A DNA stretch of 28,467 bases from a virus (Duplodnaviria; Caudoviricetes), in the IMG/VR virus record IMGVR_UViG_3300044267_006233, positions 1 through 28,467 of that record; one strand, 5' to 3'. Each line of letters starts with the position of its first letter. Positions within the stretch are counted from its first letter, which is position 1. The translations under genes were made by a program, and so were the position numbers. The notes under the pieces are model-generated. The model was not told the origin of the DNA. It worked only from the letters and a program-made list of their open reading frames with translations, and searched no databases. Shown here in pieces: positions 27,375 to 28,467 of the stretch.

Positions 27375-27608
27375 TCAATACCCCTGGGTCACATGGGAAT
27401 AAGCGTCTGGACAGTCTTCAACATCTTTTCCACAAGTGCATTTGTCTTTTTCTGTTGGTAACGGTCTCAAGACACCGCTGTCGTCGAAAAAAACCGTGTC
27501 GGGATGCGACGTTTTTAAAAGTTTGTGTAGCGTTTTTGTTATTTCTTCAGGCGACATTGTTTTGTTTGCCTTGAGTATCCAGTCTATTAAGTTAAATTCT
27601 TTTGCCAT
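27375..27608 (-). CDS. Hypothetical protein, 77 aa, with a C-terminal CxC-x6-C-x5-H motif
   Basis: SD AGGGAG and 'CTCGKDVEDCPDAYSHVTQGY'. First gene after the structured leader. Confidence 0.7.
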   Translation of the reverse strand: MAKEFNLIDWILKANKTMSPEEITKTLHKLLKTSHPDTVFFDDSGVLRPLPTEKDKCTCGKDVEDCPDAYSHVTQGY

Positions 27609-27613
27609 TTTTT

Positions 27614-27720
27614 CTCCCTGATCTTATGCCTGGTTCTTTTTTATATGTTTATCTCGGTTGCCCAAAGAACCAGGCTAACGGACTAAGATCGGATCCGAAA
27701 TTAAAGGAGGCCAACCGAGT
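27614..27720 (-). ncRNA. Structured 5' leader (pseudoknot or two-state switch) abutting the RBS
   Basis: Interleaved stems 27712-27719/27653-27660 (8 bp), 27664-27675/27628-27639 (12 bp) and 27684-27690/27620-27626 (7 bp). It begins at the predicted transcription start. Confidence 0.55.
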
Positions 27721-27726
27721 AAGTGA

Positions 27727-27754
27727 ATTATACCCCAAAGTAACATAAAGTAAA
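27727..27754 (-). promoter_or_regulatory. Sigma70-type promoter for the leftward small-gene operon
   Basis: TTTACT (27754-49), 16 bp, TATAAT (27732-27), with an AT-rich upstream element. Predicted +1 is near 27720. Confidence 0.6.
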
Positions 27755-27814
27755 CAATATTTTGTATATTTTTTTGAGCACGAAGGAAAAGGGTGTTTTG
27801 TCGTTCGTGAGATT

Positions 27815-27937
27815 GACCAAGGTCCAAGGACCAGGGACTTTTGTCCTGTTTCTAAGGGTGACTTGCTTGTTTCTATAATTGACTTGCTTGTTTCTCCAGC
27901 AGGAGGGCGGGTTTCTCCAGGGGAAACGTTGATTTCT
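27815..27937. repeat. 7-bp tandem repeats followed by five 21-bp-phased (G/A)TTTCT boxes
   Basis: gaccaag gtccaag gaccagg gac at 27815-27838. (g/a)tttct starts at 27848, 27869, 27890, 27911 and 27932. tgacttgcttgtttct is exact at 27859 and 27880. Confidence 0.85.
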
Positions 27938-28216
27938 CCACCGCACCTCAAAAAAACGTAGAAGTTCACTAAAAGTTAGGTGAAAACACAGGTACGAAGG
28001 CTCTGAAACCCTTTAAAATCAAGGGGTCTTGTTTTCCTATATAGACAACCACCACCTAACCTGAACTTCTACTTTTGTGATTTTACAAAAGACTAATACG
28101 AAAAAAAGTTGGAAAAGTGAGGTGCGGAGGTGCGTTTTCCTTGAAAACCTTTGTTTATAGGGGTTTTCACCTAACCTGACAGAGGTGCGGTGGAGGTGCG
28201 GTGGGTTAGGTGAAAA
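27935..28216. repeat. Nested inverted and direct repeats with an AGGTG core (replication origin or packaging-site candidate)
   Basis: Inverted repeats at 27941-50/28118-27, 27958-68/28062-72, 27975-82/28053-60 and 28164-76/28204-16. Tandem gaggtgcggtg at 28182-92 and 28193-203. Confidence 0.8.
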
Positions 28217-28256
28217 AATACTTACTAAATCTTACTTAAAACTATATAATTTAATT

Positions 28257-28467
28257 ATGCCAAAAGGACAATCAGGAAATATATCAGGTCGTAACGACAA
28301 ACACTTGACGCCAAAACAGATTCGTTTTGCTAAAGAGTTTGTTTATAACGATGGATCAAAAACACAAACCGAGTGTGCTGTAGCTGCTGGGTACGGCAAG
28401 TCGAGTGCTCATGTTCGGGCATCAGAGCTGTTAAACCCACAAAAATATCCGCTTGTTGTTCGATATA
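28257..28467 (+). CDS. terS: Terminase small subunit, 3'-truncated by the window edge; not in the ORF track
   Basis: MPKGQSGNISGRNDKHLTPKQIRFAKEFVYNDGSKTQTECAVAAGYGKSSAHVRASELLNPQKYPLVVRY carries the classic TerS HTH pattern 'LTPKQ.RF..E....T..A..AGY...SA...ASELL'. TATAAT lies 6 nt upstream of the ATG. Confidence 0.85.
   Translation, partial: MPKGQSGNISGRNDKHLTPKQIRFAKEFVYNDGSKTQTECAVAAGYGKSSAHVRASELLNPQKYPLVVRY

Noticed and set aside
27649-27969. 106-aa and 72-aa minus-strand ORFs across the repeat region
   Set aside because: They run through the promoter, structured leader and phased repeats, and have no clear SD. They are better explained as by-products of non-coding repeats, though not fully excluded.
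27848-28216. Possible CRISPR-like mini-array
   Set aside because: The repeats are only 6-16 bp, with a 21-bp period or mixed orientation. There is no repeat-spacer geometry and no cas genes. The PD-(D/E)XK nuclease lacks the Cas4 cysteine cluster.
1-28467. Stop-codon reassignment, introns/inteins, tRNAs, DGR or retron
   Set aside because: Genes are intact and tightly packed under the standard code, with TAA, TAG and TGA all used as stops. PolA and the helicases are of normal length. I saw no reverse transcriptase or tRNA cloverleaf by eye.

Overview
This window is a coding-dense stretch of a tailed dsDNA bacteriophage, most likely a podovirus of the uncultured marine type. 1-12782 (+) is the end of the virion operon: a partial o-spanin-like gene, a tail hub/tubular protein, a small virion protein and five probable internal (ejection) proteins, the largest 1910 aa. 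12736-20408 (-) is a convergent replication operon: PD-(D/E)XK exonuclease, an unlisted 56-aa ribbon-helix-helix repressor with a palindromic operator, family A DNA polymerase (Leu762 type), UvrD-like helicase, AEP primase-polymerase, an SSB-like protein and two hypotheticals. A divergent (+) block carries an SNF2 helicase and a second, displaced large ejection/polyvalent-type protein. Then come a short leftward operon with a structured 5' leader, a repeat-rich non-coding region (origin or packaging candidate) and the start of the terminase small subunit. The most interesting signals are four. (i) A recurrent [M/Y]xxGG motif occurs in four probable virion cargo proteins and sits at module boundaries. 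(ii) One of those proteins carries a TonB-box-like peptide (IQEIEVTAQRR). (iii) A ~110-nt leader forms a pseudoknot or two-state switch that can cover the RBS. (iv) Three genes appear to be leaderless. All family calls come from motif recognition by eye; no database searches were run.
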